IMG/VR virus record: IMGVR_UViG_3300042867_000160
DNA from: an uncultured virus (IMG/VR IMGVR_UViG_3300042867_000160)
Taxonomy: Duplodnaviria; Heunggongvirae; Uroviricota; Caudoviricetes
Direction: 5' to 3' (one strand)
Length of the DNA: 64,000 bases
The position numbers were made by a program, and so were the translations under genes. Positions 49,272 to 58,491 of this stretch are shown in pieces. The notes beneath the pieces were generated by a model. The model searched no databases. It had not been told where the DNA came from and saw only the letters and a program-made list of their open reading frames with translations. How positions within the stretch are numbered: the first letter of the stretch is position 1; each line of letters opens with the position of its first letter.

Positions 49272-49841
49272 TTATGAAAAGTTTACAACATAATTATTAC
49301 CAGTACATCCACAGTTATTTCTGATAAAACTATTTAATAATCTATCAGCTTGTGCATATAATTTATTAGCTGTAACCACAGCTGAGTTATTAGCAGCAGC
49401 AATTGATCCTTGAATCAAGTAGTATATACTATTCAATTGCACTTTAGACTGTGTCTTGATAGCCATATCACACTCCATCATATCAAGTTTCATAAATGCA
49501 TTATCAAACTTCTCTTGAATTAAATCTGTACGCATAATAGTATGCGTTACATTATTAGTAAATGCTGGGGCTACGGAATATTTAATTATCCATACACCAT
49601 CAGGCAAAGGTAATAAATCAGCTCCTACAACAGTTAATCCTAATGATGTAGAATTAAATATATTAAAGTCATTAGGGACAAACGGTAGAGACACAGGTGT
49701 CAACACTCCTGGAATAGTAAACTCTATTGTTGGAGCAGTTACTACTGGAGGATCTGTAGGATATGTAGAAGCATCTGCAACACCTAAAGTTAGAGTGTTG
49801 TATGTAGGAATTACTAGGAATTCTAATTTTAATGTTGGCAT
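49272..49841 (-). CDS. Tail hub/fibre-docking protein (crAss type)
   Basis: 189 aa. LGVADAS.Y, IEFTIPG, LPDGVWIIKYSV, C-terminal CGC. Follows the auxiliary capsid gene. Confidence 0.65.
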   Translation of the reverse strand: MPTLKLEFLVIPTYNTLTLGVADASTYPTDPPVVTAPTIEFTIPGVLTPVSLPFVPNDFNIFNSTSLGLTVVGADLLPLPDGVWIIKYSVAPAFTNNVTHTIMRTDLIQEKFDNAFMKLDMMECDMAIKTQSKVQLNSIYYLIQGSIAAANNSAVVTANKLYAQADRLLNSFIRNNCGCTGNNYVVNFS

Positions 49842-49855
49842 AGCGTTAAATAATA

Positions 49856-49894
49856 ATGCCAGAGGACAGAGATTATCCTCTTACCCTCTGGCAT
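49856..49894 (-). terminator. Hairpin (terminator/attenuator) after auxiliary capsid gene
   Basis: 10-bp stem ATGCCAGAGG/CCTCTGGCAT with inner AGAG/CTCT pairing and a weak U-tract (TATTATTT). Confidence 0.65.
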
Positions 49895-49915
49895 AGGTTA
49901 TATGATTGCCTTTTA

Positions 49916-51058
49916 TTAAGGAATCAAAGTAGTTGTTGTACTAGTTGAAGGCCAAACAGTAGTAGTTGTACTAGTAGTTGACACAATGTCACCAGTCTGA
50001 TTAACAGGAGTTCCTAATGCGTAGATCAAAACATCTTCGATGTCAGAAGCTAATGCTTGAGGAGCAGCAATGATTACCATTGAATCTTCGATGATGAAAT
50101 CACCCCACTTGTATGCAGACTTGTCATACTCATTGAAACGAATATAATAAGTATCATAAGTAGTTCCATCAGATACCCAAGACTCAAAGTTCTCATTGTA
50201 TCCAACCATACGATATAGATGCTTCAAATATCCAGCTTGGTAGCTATAATAGTTCTTCTCTAATTGTTGAATTTCAGCAGAAGTACCAGAAACGTAAGAT
50301 GCACGTTGAGTTACATACGCATCAGCAACCATGTTACAAGAATCTGCAACAATAAAGTCAGCAGTAGTAGCAGGACCAGCATATACAAAAGTACGGAAAT
50401 ACATACGATCATACTCCCAAGGGAACGCAGCCACGTCGCAAGGTTGACCATATATAGTTAATGGCTTACCAGAGATACGTAAGATGGCATCCTGATCATT
50501 ACCAATACGTTGGAATTGATAGAAGTCAGAGAACGTAATGTTGTCAGGGTTGTTACCTGGAGCTTGCTCTGAGAACTTTATAATAAAAGCATCAATCAAT
50601 GCAGGCACGTTAACATCAGCACATGGATCTCCACCACACTCTAAACACTCACCTTTAACAGTTACACTGCGAGTGAAACCATTGAAGTATAATGTTTGTA
50701 AGTAAGAAGAGAATGCACGTAATGTAATAGTTACATCAGTACCAGGAGTAACAGTAAAGTTAGTTACATCAGTTACTTGGTTAGCAGCTACTGGAGATCC
50801 TTCAACTTTGTACCATGCAGATACGTTAGCAGAAGAAATCTTATCAGAACGCTTAGATCCTTGCAAGTACGTGTTAGTACGTCCTTGAGCCAAATAGAAA
50901 TATGGAGCAGCAGCGATGGCAGTACCAACGTTATCAGCAGCATATAAATTTGTAAAAATACCAAACCGTCCTGCGGTTAGGTTTTGTGTAGAACCTGAAC
51001 TAGGCAAGACGTTGCCTACAGGAACTACAAACAGGGTGGTTAACGAAAAATCAGCCAT
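49916..51058 (-). CDS. Auxiliary capsid (stabilization) protein, crAss type
   Basis: 380 aa, beta-rich, third gene after the MCP, with strong codon bias and a downstream hairpin. C-terminal Thr-rich tail. Confidence 0.65.
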   Translation of the reverse strand: MADFSLTTLFVVPVGNVLPSSGSTQNLTAGRFGIFTNLYAADNVGTAIAAAPYFYLAQGRTNTYLQGSKRSDKISSANVSAWYKVEGSPVAANQVTDVTNFTVTPGTDVTITLRAFSSYLQTLYFNGFTRSVTVKGECLECGGDPCADVNVPALIDAFIIKFSEQAPGNNPDNITFSDFYQFQRIGNDQDAILRISGKPLTIYGQPCDVAAFPWEYDRMYFRTFVYAGPATTADFIVADSCNMVADAYVTQRASYVSGTSAEIQQLEKNYYSYQAGYLKHLYRMVGYNENFESWVSDGTTYDTYYIRFNEYDKSAYKWGDFIIEDSMVIIAAPQALASDIEDVLIYALGTPVNQTGDIVSTTSTTTTVWPSTSTTTTLIP

Positions 51059-51085
51059 TTGTATATTTGTTTATTGTTAAAAAAT

Positions 51086-51817
51086 TTACTCGTTTGTTTG
51101 AATTCTATATACTGAGTTTTGTACAGCAGATTGATTCTCGGTGTACATTGCTAAGTTTTGTACTGTTAAATCTAAAAGCTCATCTTCTAAATAAGTTTCT
51201 AGTTCGCAATTTTGATCAAAGGATGGTTCACCATCTAACATTATATATCCTACTTTATTAATGTATAGAGGATATCGTAGGTATGATACATATATACTAC
51301 TTGGGGTAAAGGTACCATCTGTAAATACACTTATATCATCTGATGAGATAGAGTTAAATGTTTCTTGATATTCAAATGATGGTCTGTAGTGAACATTGTT
51401 CAGTAACATAGACAAATCACCATGTTTTGCAAGATCTTTATTAATCCAAATCTTTCTATCTATACATCTTCCTTTACTTGCTAATACGTAACTATCTACA
51501 TAGAACATATAAGGTGGGTCAAGGTCATGCACGTTTGCTGTCCATTGATTTATAGTTGCATTTATTAATGTCAATGGTAACTCACCAGCACTATACCATA
51601 CTACTAAACTTTGTAAGTCTTCATACCTCTTCTTAAAGGCATCTAAGCCCATACCAGAAGTTGTACTAAAACCATCTACCTTTTGTTTAATCAACTTAAT
51701 CTGAGCCTCATTCAAGGCCAAGATCTTGTCTTCTAATGGTATTTGTTGATGCTCATTAGTAGATAGTTTATTTAGTTTCTGATCAATCTTATATAATAAA
51801 CTATCTACTGGGATCAT
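51086..51817 (-). CDS. Tail ring protein (R3/R4-like)
   Basis: 243 aa. LNEAQ..LIK...KRYEDLQSLV, YVSYLRYP, CELETYLEDELLDLTV. Conserved position after the MCP. Confidence 0.7.
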   Translation of the reverse strand: MIPVDSLLYKIDQKLNKLSTNEHQQIPLEDKILALNEAQIKLIKQKVDGFSTTSGMGLDAFKKRYEDLQSLVVWYSAGELPLTLINATINQWTANVHDLDPPYMFYVDSYVLASKGRCIDRKIWINKDLAKHGDLSMLLNNVHYRPSFEYQETFNSISSDDISVFTDGTFTPSSIYVSYLRYPLYINKVGYIMLDGEPSFDQNCELETYLEDELLDLTVQNLAMYTENQSAVQNSVYRIQTNE

Positions 51818-52782
51818 ACTGATGCTAATTTTTTGCCTTTTAATTTCTGCTCTATTATCAACAAGTCGTCTTGGTGATCTTCATCAGCTAAGTATTTAAC
51901 TAATTCTTCCTCATCAATCGCAACTTCTAATTCACCCATATACACCTTACCATTAGGTTTTAAACGATATATTGAGTGACCGATAGCTTGTTTCACCAAG
52001 TCTTTAATATGGAGTAAGTTGTCTTTCATGTCTGCAAATCTTCCAAACACTTCGATTGGAGACAATCCTTGGTATTTACCATCTCTGAATTCTGTCTGTT
52101 TTAAAACATTATCCACTAAGTTATAAACAACTTCTTCTTTAGTTTCATCTGTTACAGGTAAGCCTAACATTCTAGCTACCTTCTTCTTCTTCTCAGGAGT
52201 CATTGAATCAAACTTAACAATAGCTTTATTAATAAGTTGTTTCTTTTTGTAAAGAACTGCATTTTCAATCTCATCATCTACAACGTAGAATTGGATGTCT
52301 GCAGGATATTCTCCACGTTCCCAAGCTTGATATGAACTAGCAATTGTTGGATGAACTCTCAGCCAAGAAAATGCTAACTCTTGCATTGGATTAGTAAAAT
52401 CAAAATAGTTATCACCATCTAAAAGCTTTACAGCTTGTACGTGCATGAAGTCATCATTACCTTGAGATAATCCATAGTTCCAAAACTTAGAACGAGGACT
52501 CAAGTCAACATCACCTAAAGCAGCTCTTAATCTATCATGTAATTTTGTTACACGTTCAATTTCAAGTTCTCTTTCTGTTTGATCACCTATGCGTCTAATG
52601 TATGCAGCATCAGGATTTAATCCTGTACGATACTGACCATCTAATTCCTTGTAAGGATATTTAAATACTCCTGTTCCAGGAATACGTGTCATACCTTGTG
52701 AGGCAAGACCACCTTGCATAGTTTGTAACTGAGAGTTGTTGTACTCTTTTTTAATAGTAGATATTTTACCTTGCTTACCCAT
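51814..52782 (-). CDS. Conserved crAss-like protein downstream of major capsid gene
   Basis: 322 aa. FW...V.L.DG...FD..NP...LA..WL..HP.IA.S pattern. Position immediately after the MCP. Confidence 0.65.
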   Translation of the reverse strand: MGKQGKISTIKKEYNNSQLQTMQGGLASQGMTRIPGTGVFKYPYKELDGQYRTGLNPDAAYIRRIGDQTERELEIERVTKLHDRLRAALGDVDLSPRSKFWNYGLSQGNDDFMHVQAVKLLDGDNYFDFTNPMQELAFSWLRVHPTIASSYQAWERGEYPADIQFYVVDDEIENAVLYKKKQLINKAIVKFDSMTPEKKKKVARMLGLPVTDETKEEVVYNLVDNVLKQTEFRDGKYQGLSPIEVFGRFADMKDNLLHIKDLVKQAIGHSIYRLKPNGKVYMGELEVAIDEEELVKYLADEDHQDDLLIIEQKLKGKKLASV

Positions 52783-52807
52783 ATGTAGTTTAATTTAATT
52801 GGTTTTT

Positions 52808-52947
52808 AGCGAGTGCTGACCATCGAAGGTACAGCGACCAGGGACACCCCAATCCAAGCACTCTCAAGAAAAGCCTCCTCACAGGAGGGAGGGGGTGAGG
52901 AGGTTTTCTTGTGCCCATCGGTTGATGGGCGGAGGACATACTGTCCT
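52808..52947 (-). other. GC-rich multi-hairpin element after MCP, including an intrinsic terminator-like stem
   Basis: Minus-strand stems: GGACA/TGTCC, GCCCATC/GATGGGC, CAAGAAAACCTCCTCAC/GTGAGGAGGCTTTTCTTG, GAGTGCT/AGCACTC. Confidence 0.75.
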
Positions 52948-54499
52948 AGAACTGAGGGATTTCTTCGATCAAGACTGTACGAGACAAGTCTTCAATGAAT
53001 ACATCACAACGATCTTTCATCCAGATTTCGTATCCTGGGAATTTATTCGCAGAACTCATACCTTGAGACTTAGCAAAGCCTAAGTGGTGACGAGTACCAT
53101 CGATATAACCCCAAGTCATAGAAGGAGCACCCTTCATACGTACCTCACGGATGTTATTAATCATAGAACCATCAGACATTGGAGAAACGTCAAACACCAT
53201 AAATACTGGAGTTGATTTCTTGTTTTGTCCAAATTCTAAATTAGTTTGAGGAAGGTCTAATTCTTTTAAGTGAATTAATTCAACACGACCAGTCTCACGA
53301 GTAACCATTGCATCGAATGCAAAGTTGTAAGTGATGTGTTGTCCTTCTCCTTGCATATAACGATTACCTGAATCAGCCATGAAAGTCAAACCTGAATTCA
53401 ATGCATCGTTTTTCAAAGCTTGTTGGAACACGTCAAACCCAGCTTCGTTAGTGTACATTTTAACACGACGATCCTTAACATCCACACGACGATAGAATAA
53501 ATCACCAAATACCGAACGAATCAAGTTAGCAGTAAATTCTCCACGGTTGTATTGAACTAAGTTACCGTTGTTACGCATTCTGTGATAAACACCAGCAGAC
53601 GTACGCTTTAACTCTTGCTTAGAACCATTAGTCTTAACGGTACCTGGCTTAGACCAGATCATACGCTTAACCTTTAATTCTAACATAGACTTACGCATCC
53701 AGAACTCAATAAACGGTTCCCACTTAACATCATTACGAGTTAAAGGTAATTGGTTACGACGTTGTGGAGCATATACTAAAATATCTAATGCTTTACCAGA
53801 AGCATCAACCATCATCTTATCATCAGCCCATTCAGTAATTTTGTGCTCATAACCATATGCAGAACCTAATGATTCAAACATTGTGATTTGCTCACCTAAA
53901 CGAGGCAATCCTAATAAGTCTTGATCAAACTCACCGATAGCTGCATCAACCAATTCTAATTCAATACCAGTCTGTAAGAATACAGGAGATACGAAATCAA
54001 CTTGAGGGTTGTCAGTTACTAAAGTGAATGAATACAAATATCCCATGTTCCAAGGCATTGGATCCTTGATAACATAGAAACGAGGGCCATACTGACGAGT
54101 ACCTACAGAAACGATAGCGTTCTTAGAGAATTCATTAGTATCTATTACTAAAGAGAATTCTTGACCATCGATACCTGGCTTATCCAACGCTAACGTTGTA
54201 TCAGGGATGTCAATAATTTTAGGGAATTTGTAAGGGACCTGTACTTGCCACTTCCAAGCATCACTGTTGTTGTCAATGTAATACGGAGTTGACTTGTTGA
54301 TCATGTCCAAGAAGTCATTACTGTACAATGAACTCTGAGTGTACAAACTGATAATTTTCTTATCATAGTCTGCTGGCTCAGTCGAGTGAAAGCTTTCCAA
54401 GTGGTTAGAATCTGTCAACTTACCAACTGCACGTTTGTCCATTGAGGCCACACGAGCATAAGTAAATCCAGTTAAACCTGGGATTGTTTGAATTGCCAT
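52946..54499 (-). CDS. Major capsid protein (HK97 fold, crAss type)
   Basis: 517 aa. Gene order TerL-portal-scaffold-MCP, strong codon bias, SAGVYHRM, MYTNEAG. Confidence 0.88.
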   Translation of the reverse strand: MAIQTIPGLTGFTYARVASMDKRAVGKLTDSNHLESFHSTEPADYDKKIISLYTQSSLYSNDFLDMINKSTPYYIDNNSDAWKWQVQVPYKFPKIIDIPDTTLALDKPGIDGQEFSLVIDTNEFSKNAIVSVGTRQYGPRFYVIKDPMPWNMGYLYSFTLVTDNPQVDFVSPVFLQTGIELELVDAAIGEFDQDLLGLPRLGEQITMFESLGSAYGYEHKITEWADDKMMVDASGKALDILVYAPQRRNQLPLTRNDVKWEPFIEFWMRKSMLELKVKRMIWSKPGTVKTNGSKQELKRTSAGVYHRMRNNGNLVQYNRGEFTANLIRSVFGDLFYRRVDVKDRRVKMYTNEAGFDVFQQALKNDALNSGLTFMADSGNRYMQGEGQHITYNFAFDAMVTRETGRVELIHLKELDLPQTNLEFGQNKKSTPVFMVFDVSPMSDGSMINNIREVRMKGAPSMTWGYIDGTRHHLGFAKSQGMSSANKFPGYEIWMKDRCDVFIEDLSRTVLIEEIPQF

Positions 54500-54531
54500 T
54501 GTTTTTTTATGTTTAATTTAATAGTTAATAA

Positions 54532-55764
54532 TTACGAAAACCAAGAAGTTGGAGTTGACTTAGAAGATTTTATTGAACTCTTACTTGCTTGTCTTGCAAC
54601 TTCACCAAATAATTCATTTGACTTTTTGGTGATTCCCGATTTCTGTATGGTTGACAATGTTGGATCTTTCTCTAATATCTTTAGAAGTAGGCCAACCTTG
54701 ACTTTCATCTCATGGTTCTCGGGACGTTTAAGTTCCAGAATAGTTTTATCAAACTCAGTAAGCATTTCGCCAGACCCAGTCTTATATCTATCTGTTATTA
54801 AAAAATCTTGTAGTTCGGTTGCCAACTTTGAATTGAGAGGGATACCATCAAACTCTTTTGCTTTTAGCTTATCTTGTAAAACAGAATTTACATTCTGTAC
54901 ATATTGTTGCTTAAAGGCAGCTTGTTGTTGTAATTGCTTACTCCTCACTTCTTCTAATTGTTGAAGCTTTGCAGCTTCTTTTTTAATTAGCACTTTATGA
55001 TGTTTGGCAGCAACGCTTTCAAGATCACCATAATTTTTTAATCTTTCAATCTCTGTTGTTATATCTTCAGGATCATAATCTTGATCTGCTAAAGTCTGTT
55101 TAATCACTGCTATTTGGTTTCCTTCATCTGATAAATCAAGATCAGTGAATGATTGAATAGCATTGTATGTACCGAAATAATCTTTAGGATCGACTCCTTT
55201 AACAAAGATAGCATCAAATGCTTGTTGATAGTCTTCTCCAAATTGTCCTATAAAGTTGTTTACAACTTCAATAGCTCCTTTCTTTTTCTCTTCTTGAAAA
55301 CGTTCTAGGAATTGTTCAGGACTAGTGATTGGTTCTTCTTCACTATCTTCTTCATTTGTAAACACTCCTAGTTTTAAAAGGTCTGTAGCTAATGCTGTGA
55401 AGCGACTAACTTCTGGTTCTGTTCCTTCTTCTGATTCTTCTGAAGCATCTGGAGCTTTTGCTTTTGGAGCAACATTTCCTTCTTCTTCATCTTCCTCATC
55501 ATCATTTCCATATAAGAAGCTGGTGATATCTTTAGTAGGTTCTTCTTTTTCTTCTGTAGACTCCTCAGCTTTTGGAGCTTTAGATTTTGCAGCAGTTGGA
55601 GCAGGAGCATCTTCAGCAGATATATCTTTAATGTCATCAGGACTAGCAGAAGCTGTATCAGGACTCATTAAATCATTTAAGAGTTCTGCATTTCCCATGC
55701 CCATTTCCATTGTATCTTGAATGCTAAAGTTGCCACCAAATGGGGTTTCTTGATTGTCGGCCAT
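54532..55764 (-). CDS. Acidic scaffold-like protein preceding MCP
   Basis: Start re-called at MADNQET (ATG 55764), 410 aa, because the longer start overlaps the promoter. Acidic disordered N-terminus, coiled coil and C-terminal SWFS. Confidence 0.7.
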   Translation of the reverse strand: MADNQETPFGGNFSIQDTMEMGMGNAELLNDLMSPDTASASPDDIKDISAEDAPAPTAAKSKAPKAEESTEEKEEPTKDITSFLYGNDDEEDEEEGNVAPKAKAPDASEESEEGTEPEVSRFTALATDLLKLGVFTNEEDSEEEPITSPEQFLERFQEEKKKGAIEVVNNFIGQFGEDYQQAFDAIFVKGVDPKDYFGTYNAIQSFTDLDLSDEGNQIAVIKQTLADQDYDPEDITTEIERLKNYGDLESVAAKHHKVLIKKEAAKLQQLEEVRSKQLQQQAAFKQQYVQNVNSVLQDKLKAKEFDGIPLNSKLATELQDFLITDRYKTGSGEMLTEFDKTILELKRPENHEMKVKVGLLLKILEKDPTLSTIQKSGITKKSNELFGEVARQASKSSIKSSKSTPTSWFS

Positions 55765-55797
55765 ACGTAGTTTGTTTTTTGAATTGGTTTTTCGATA

Positions 55798-55828
55798 TAA
55801 AAATATGTTAGATTTGGATAATAACAAA
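55798..55828 (-). promoter_or_regulatory. Bacteroidota-type promoter (TTTG-N19-TATTTTTA) for capsid operon
   Basis: TTTG at 55828-55825, 19-nt spacer, TATTTTTA at 55805-55798. Confidence 0.7.
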
Positions 55829-55905
55829 TACTATAAAGACTAAAACGTTTAATATTTTAGATAATATAGCATTAATAAAATCTACTCTAACTAAAAAAGT
55901 TAGAA

Positions 55906-58491
55906 TTACTTACTTTTTGATGCTCTGTTCCTAGCGTTTATCTTTGCCACCTCTATATCATTAGCTTGATTTTCTCTCTCCACCTTTAGTTTCTCACGCT
56001 CAACGGCTATTTTATCATTAGCTATTTTGTTCTTGCCTTGAATATCAGCCATTTTGGTTTCGTATTCTTTAGCAGCTTTGCTTGTTTCTGTGGATAACTT
56101 AGACATTTCTAATACATCAGCTGTTCCAGATTGATCTATATCAGATAGAGGACCTGCTTTAGATTCAGCAGCAATCATTGCAATCTGTACTCTATTGATT
56201 CTATCTAACTCATTTTGATAATCCTCATGTGCTAATTGTTCAGCTTGTGCTTGTTGAGACTGTTGCATTTGAGCTTGAGCAATTTGTTGTTGTTGCTCCA
56301 TCTCTTGTTGCTTCTGTTGCATTTGCTGATCTTGTAATTGCTCTTGACGATCTTTAAGACTCTTGAACACCTTCTTCATCTGACGTACAGAATTTGTAGA
56401 ATAAAGTTCAATGATGTCATGTAAGCTTCCACCGTTCTGTAGAACTGCTTGAGATAAACCTCTAATCTCATTAAACATCTTCTGATCTTCTGGACGATTA
56501 GTTAAGAACACTTTAAGATCACGGAACTTAAGATCAGTTCCATTCACTTGAACAAATGCAGATTCTCCTTCAGATGTAATATATGAAATAGTTGATTGAG
56601 GTTTTTTAGCTTCAATATATAAGGATGCATCAATGATAGCTTGATACAATTGTCCCAATACATACTCATGTGCTACGAATAATGGCTCAGTTTGTGAATA
56701 GGATTGTGTAATAGCGGTGTTAGTTCCTGTAGCAGTTTCAGAAGCTGATATACTGCCCAAGCGTTGCTTAGACATACCCACTAGTTCCCAACACTCTTGT
56801 TTCAATTGCATCGCTAAGTTATAACGAGATTGAATCTCTTGCGTACGTGTAAGATCAATATCACGGAATTGATTGAATGAGCTTGGAGATTTTAAGTTCT
56901 CTGGACTGTCATCAATAAACATAACACCTCTGTTACGTGCTTCCATTTCCCAAACATCAAGAGCATCTTGTGCATCCCCATCTTTAGGAATAGGTATATG
57001 TCTAATGGATGTTAAATAAACCTTACCCACCTCTTTCTCAAGAAGCTTATATAATTGGTTCATACAAACATTATATAAAACCTGAAAAGGCTTCATCATA
57101 TCCACTAAACTCTTTGCTTCTGTATTCTTCACTTCATGTACTATTCCTATAATTGGACAATAGTTAAGAAGCTTAAATGGTTTGATGTGATAGATATCTG
57201 GTCCAATCTTTATACCCTGATACCATTCATTAATCCATCCCCACTCTAATGATATCTGTGTAGGCATAGTTCCTGATTTGTAATATTCATCAACTAATGT
57301 TGATTGCTCATTACCCATTTCATCAAGATATATGAGCTTACCAATCTTTTTCTTAGAGATCCAATAAGCTCTTACCACTACATACTTGTATCCAAATGAA
57401 GACACATTTGATGTAAGTCCCAAGAAGTCTTGTAAACCATCATCATTTTGTTTCATCTCAGACTCAATCATCATACGTGTCTGAAGCACAAGAGGATCAT
57501 ATGTATCATATTGTACAGAGTCAATACCATTACCTGCATCTGGATTACCAAGGTTAGACTCACGTACGTTAATTAAACCGTAGTCTTGTAGAGATGAACG
57601 TAAGTGATCTATTTCATCTTTAGTGATGTCAGGGATACTCTCAATAATTTCAGAGAGTTCCATAACCTGTACAGTTCCTGCGGCATATGCACCCTGTGCA
57701 CGTCCTGTTGGATCTGATACATATTTACGATCTGGCGTAGATAGGAACCAAGTGTTCTTAGGATTGGCCACTTCAATATTATATCCCACCTTAGAGTTAT
57801 CCTCATATATGTGATAGAATTCACGTGCAGAGATTAGCATATCTCTAAATGCATCTTCTGATTTCTCTTTGAGAACAAAGTCTGCTTTTTGACATGTTAA
57901 TATATGGTTAGCCCATTTCTCTGCTACAGAAGTATATGAATCAAGTTCATCTTGAACTTGTTCCATTGTCATTTGTTGAACTTGCTCTTCTTCTAATTGT
58001 TCTCCTGCTATAGCTGCTTTCTCAAGAATCTTTTGTTTAGCTTGATTTATTACATATTCTTGGAGAATACCTGTCTTGAATTCTAGCTCTTCAGACTTAC
58101 TATCATCATCAAATGCCTTAACACGAAATGCGTCTGGTCTCTTTGATATCTCACCAATAAGCTCATTTAAAGGAGTGGTGATAATTGAATACATTTTTAC
58201 ATACGCAGGAAGCTCTAGATTCTGCGTAAGCATATCTGTAAAACTTTTCACCTCAGGAACATCTTGGTAAAAGTCTTCCATACGAAGAATACCTTTAACA
58301 AGATCATAGTTCTTAACAAACGTATCTCTGTTTCTTACATACTCAGCATAGGACTTATTAGCAAAATAGTCCATTGTATTTTTAATCCAACTTTCATCTT
58401 GTTTCTCTTTGTCAGTTTTAAACTGATCAGGAAAGATGTTTAAATAGGCATACCTAATTGTTGCATCTTTTGTATATCTAATAATTGCCAT
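55906..58491 (-). CDS. Portal protein
   Basis: 861 aa, directly after TerL. KDESWIK, YSIITTPLNELIGE, SLVDMMKPFQVLYN, RLGSISASET.T, Gln-rich C-terminal barrel helix. Confidence 0.92.
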   Translation of the reverse strand: MAIIRYTKDATIRYAYLNIFPDQFKTDKEKQDESWIKNTMDYFANKSYAEYVRNRDTFVKNYDLVKGILRMEDFYQDVPEVKSFTDMLTQNLELPAYVKMYSIITTPLNELIGEISKRPDAFRVKAFDDDSKSEELEFKTGILQEYVINQAKQKILEKAAIAGEQLEEEQVQQMTMEQVQDELDSYTSVAEKWANHILTCQKADFVLKEKSEDAFRDMLISAREFYHIYEDNSKVGYNIEVANPKNTWFLSTPDRKYVSDPTGRAQGAYAAGTVQVMELSEIIESIPDITKDEIDHLRSSLQDYGLINVRESNLGNPDAGNGIDSVQYDTYDPLVLQTRMMIESEMKQNDDGLQDFLGLTSNVSSFGYKYVVVRAYWISKKKIGKLIYLDEMGNEQSTLVDEYYKSGTMPTQISLEWGWINEWYQGIKIGPDIYHIKPFKLLNYCPIIGIVHEVKNTEAKSLVDMMKPFQVLYNVCMNQLYKLLEKEVGKVYLTSIRHIPIPKDGDAQDALDVWEMEARNRGVMFIDDSPENLKSPSSFNQFRDIDLTRTQEIQSRYNLAMQLKQECWELVGMSKQRLGSISASETATGTNTAITQSYSQTEPLFVAHEYVLGQLYQAIIDASLYIEAKKPQSTISYITSEGESAFVQVNGTDLKFRDLKVFLTNRPEDQKMFNEIRGLSQAVLQNGGSLHDIIELYSTNSVRQMKKVFKSLKDRQEQLQDQQMQQKQQEMEQQQQIAQAQMQQSQQAQAEQLAHEDYQNELDRINRVQIAMIAAESKAGPLSDIDQSGTADVLEMSKLSTETSKAAKEYETKMADIQGKNKIANDKIAVEREKLKVERENQANDIEVAKINARNRASKSK

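Noticed and set aside
52808..52864. Bona fide tRNA gene
   Set aside because: About 55 nt, with no proper D-arm or 7-nt anticodon loop and no CCA. Kept only as a tRNA-like structure.
52790..52948. TAG readthrough or TAG recoding extending the MCP
   Set aside because: The frame stays open ~51 codons but stops at TAA before the next gene, and the peptide looks like translated hairpins. Long genes are uninterrupted in code 11, so there is no sign of the stop-codon reassignment known in some crAss-like phages.
55885..55903. 7-bp inverted repeat TCTAACT-N5-AGTTAGA after the portal gene
   Set aside because: AT-rich and weak, and similar TAAC..GTTA elements at 26.09 and 41.83 kb align poorly. Not enough to call a terminator or operator.
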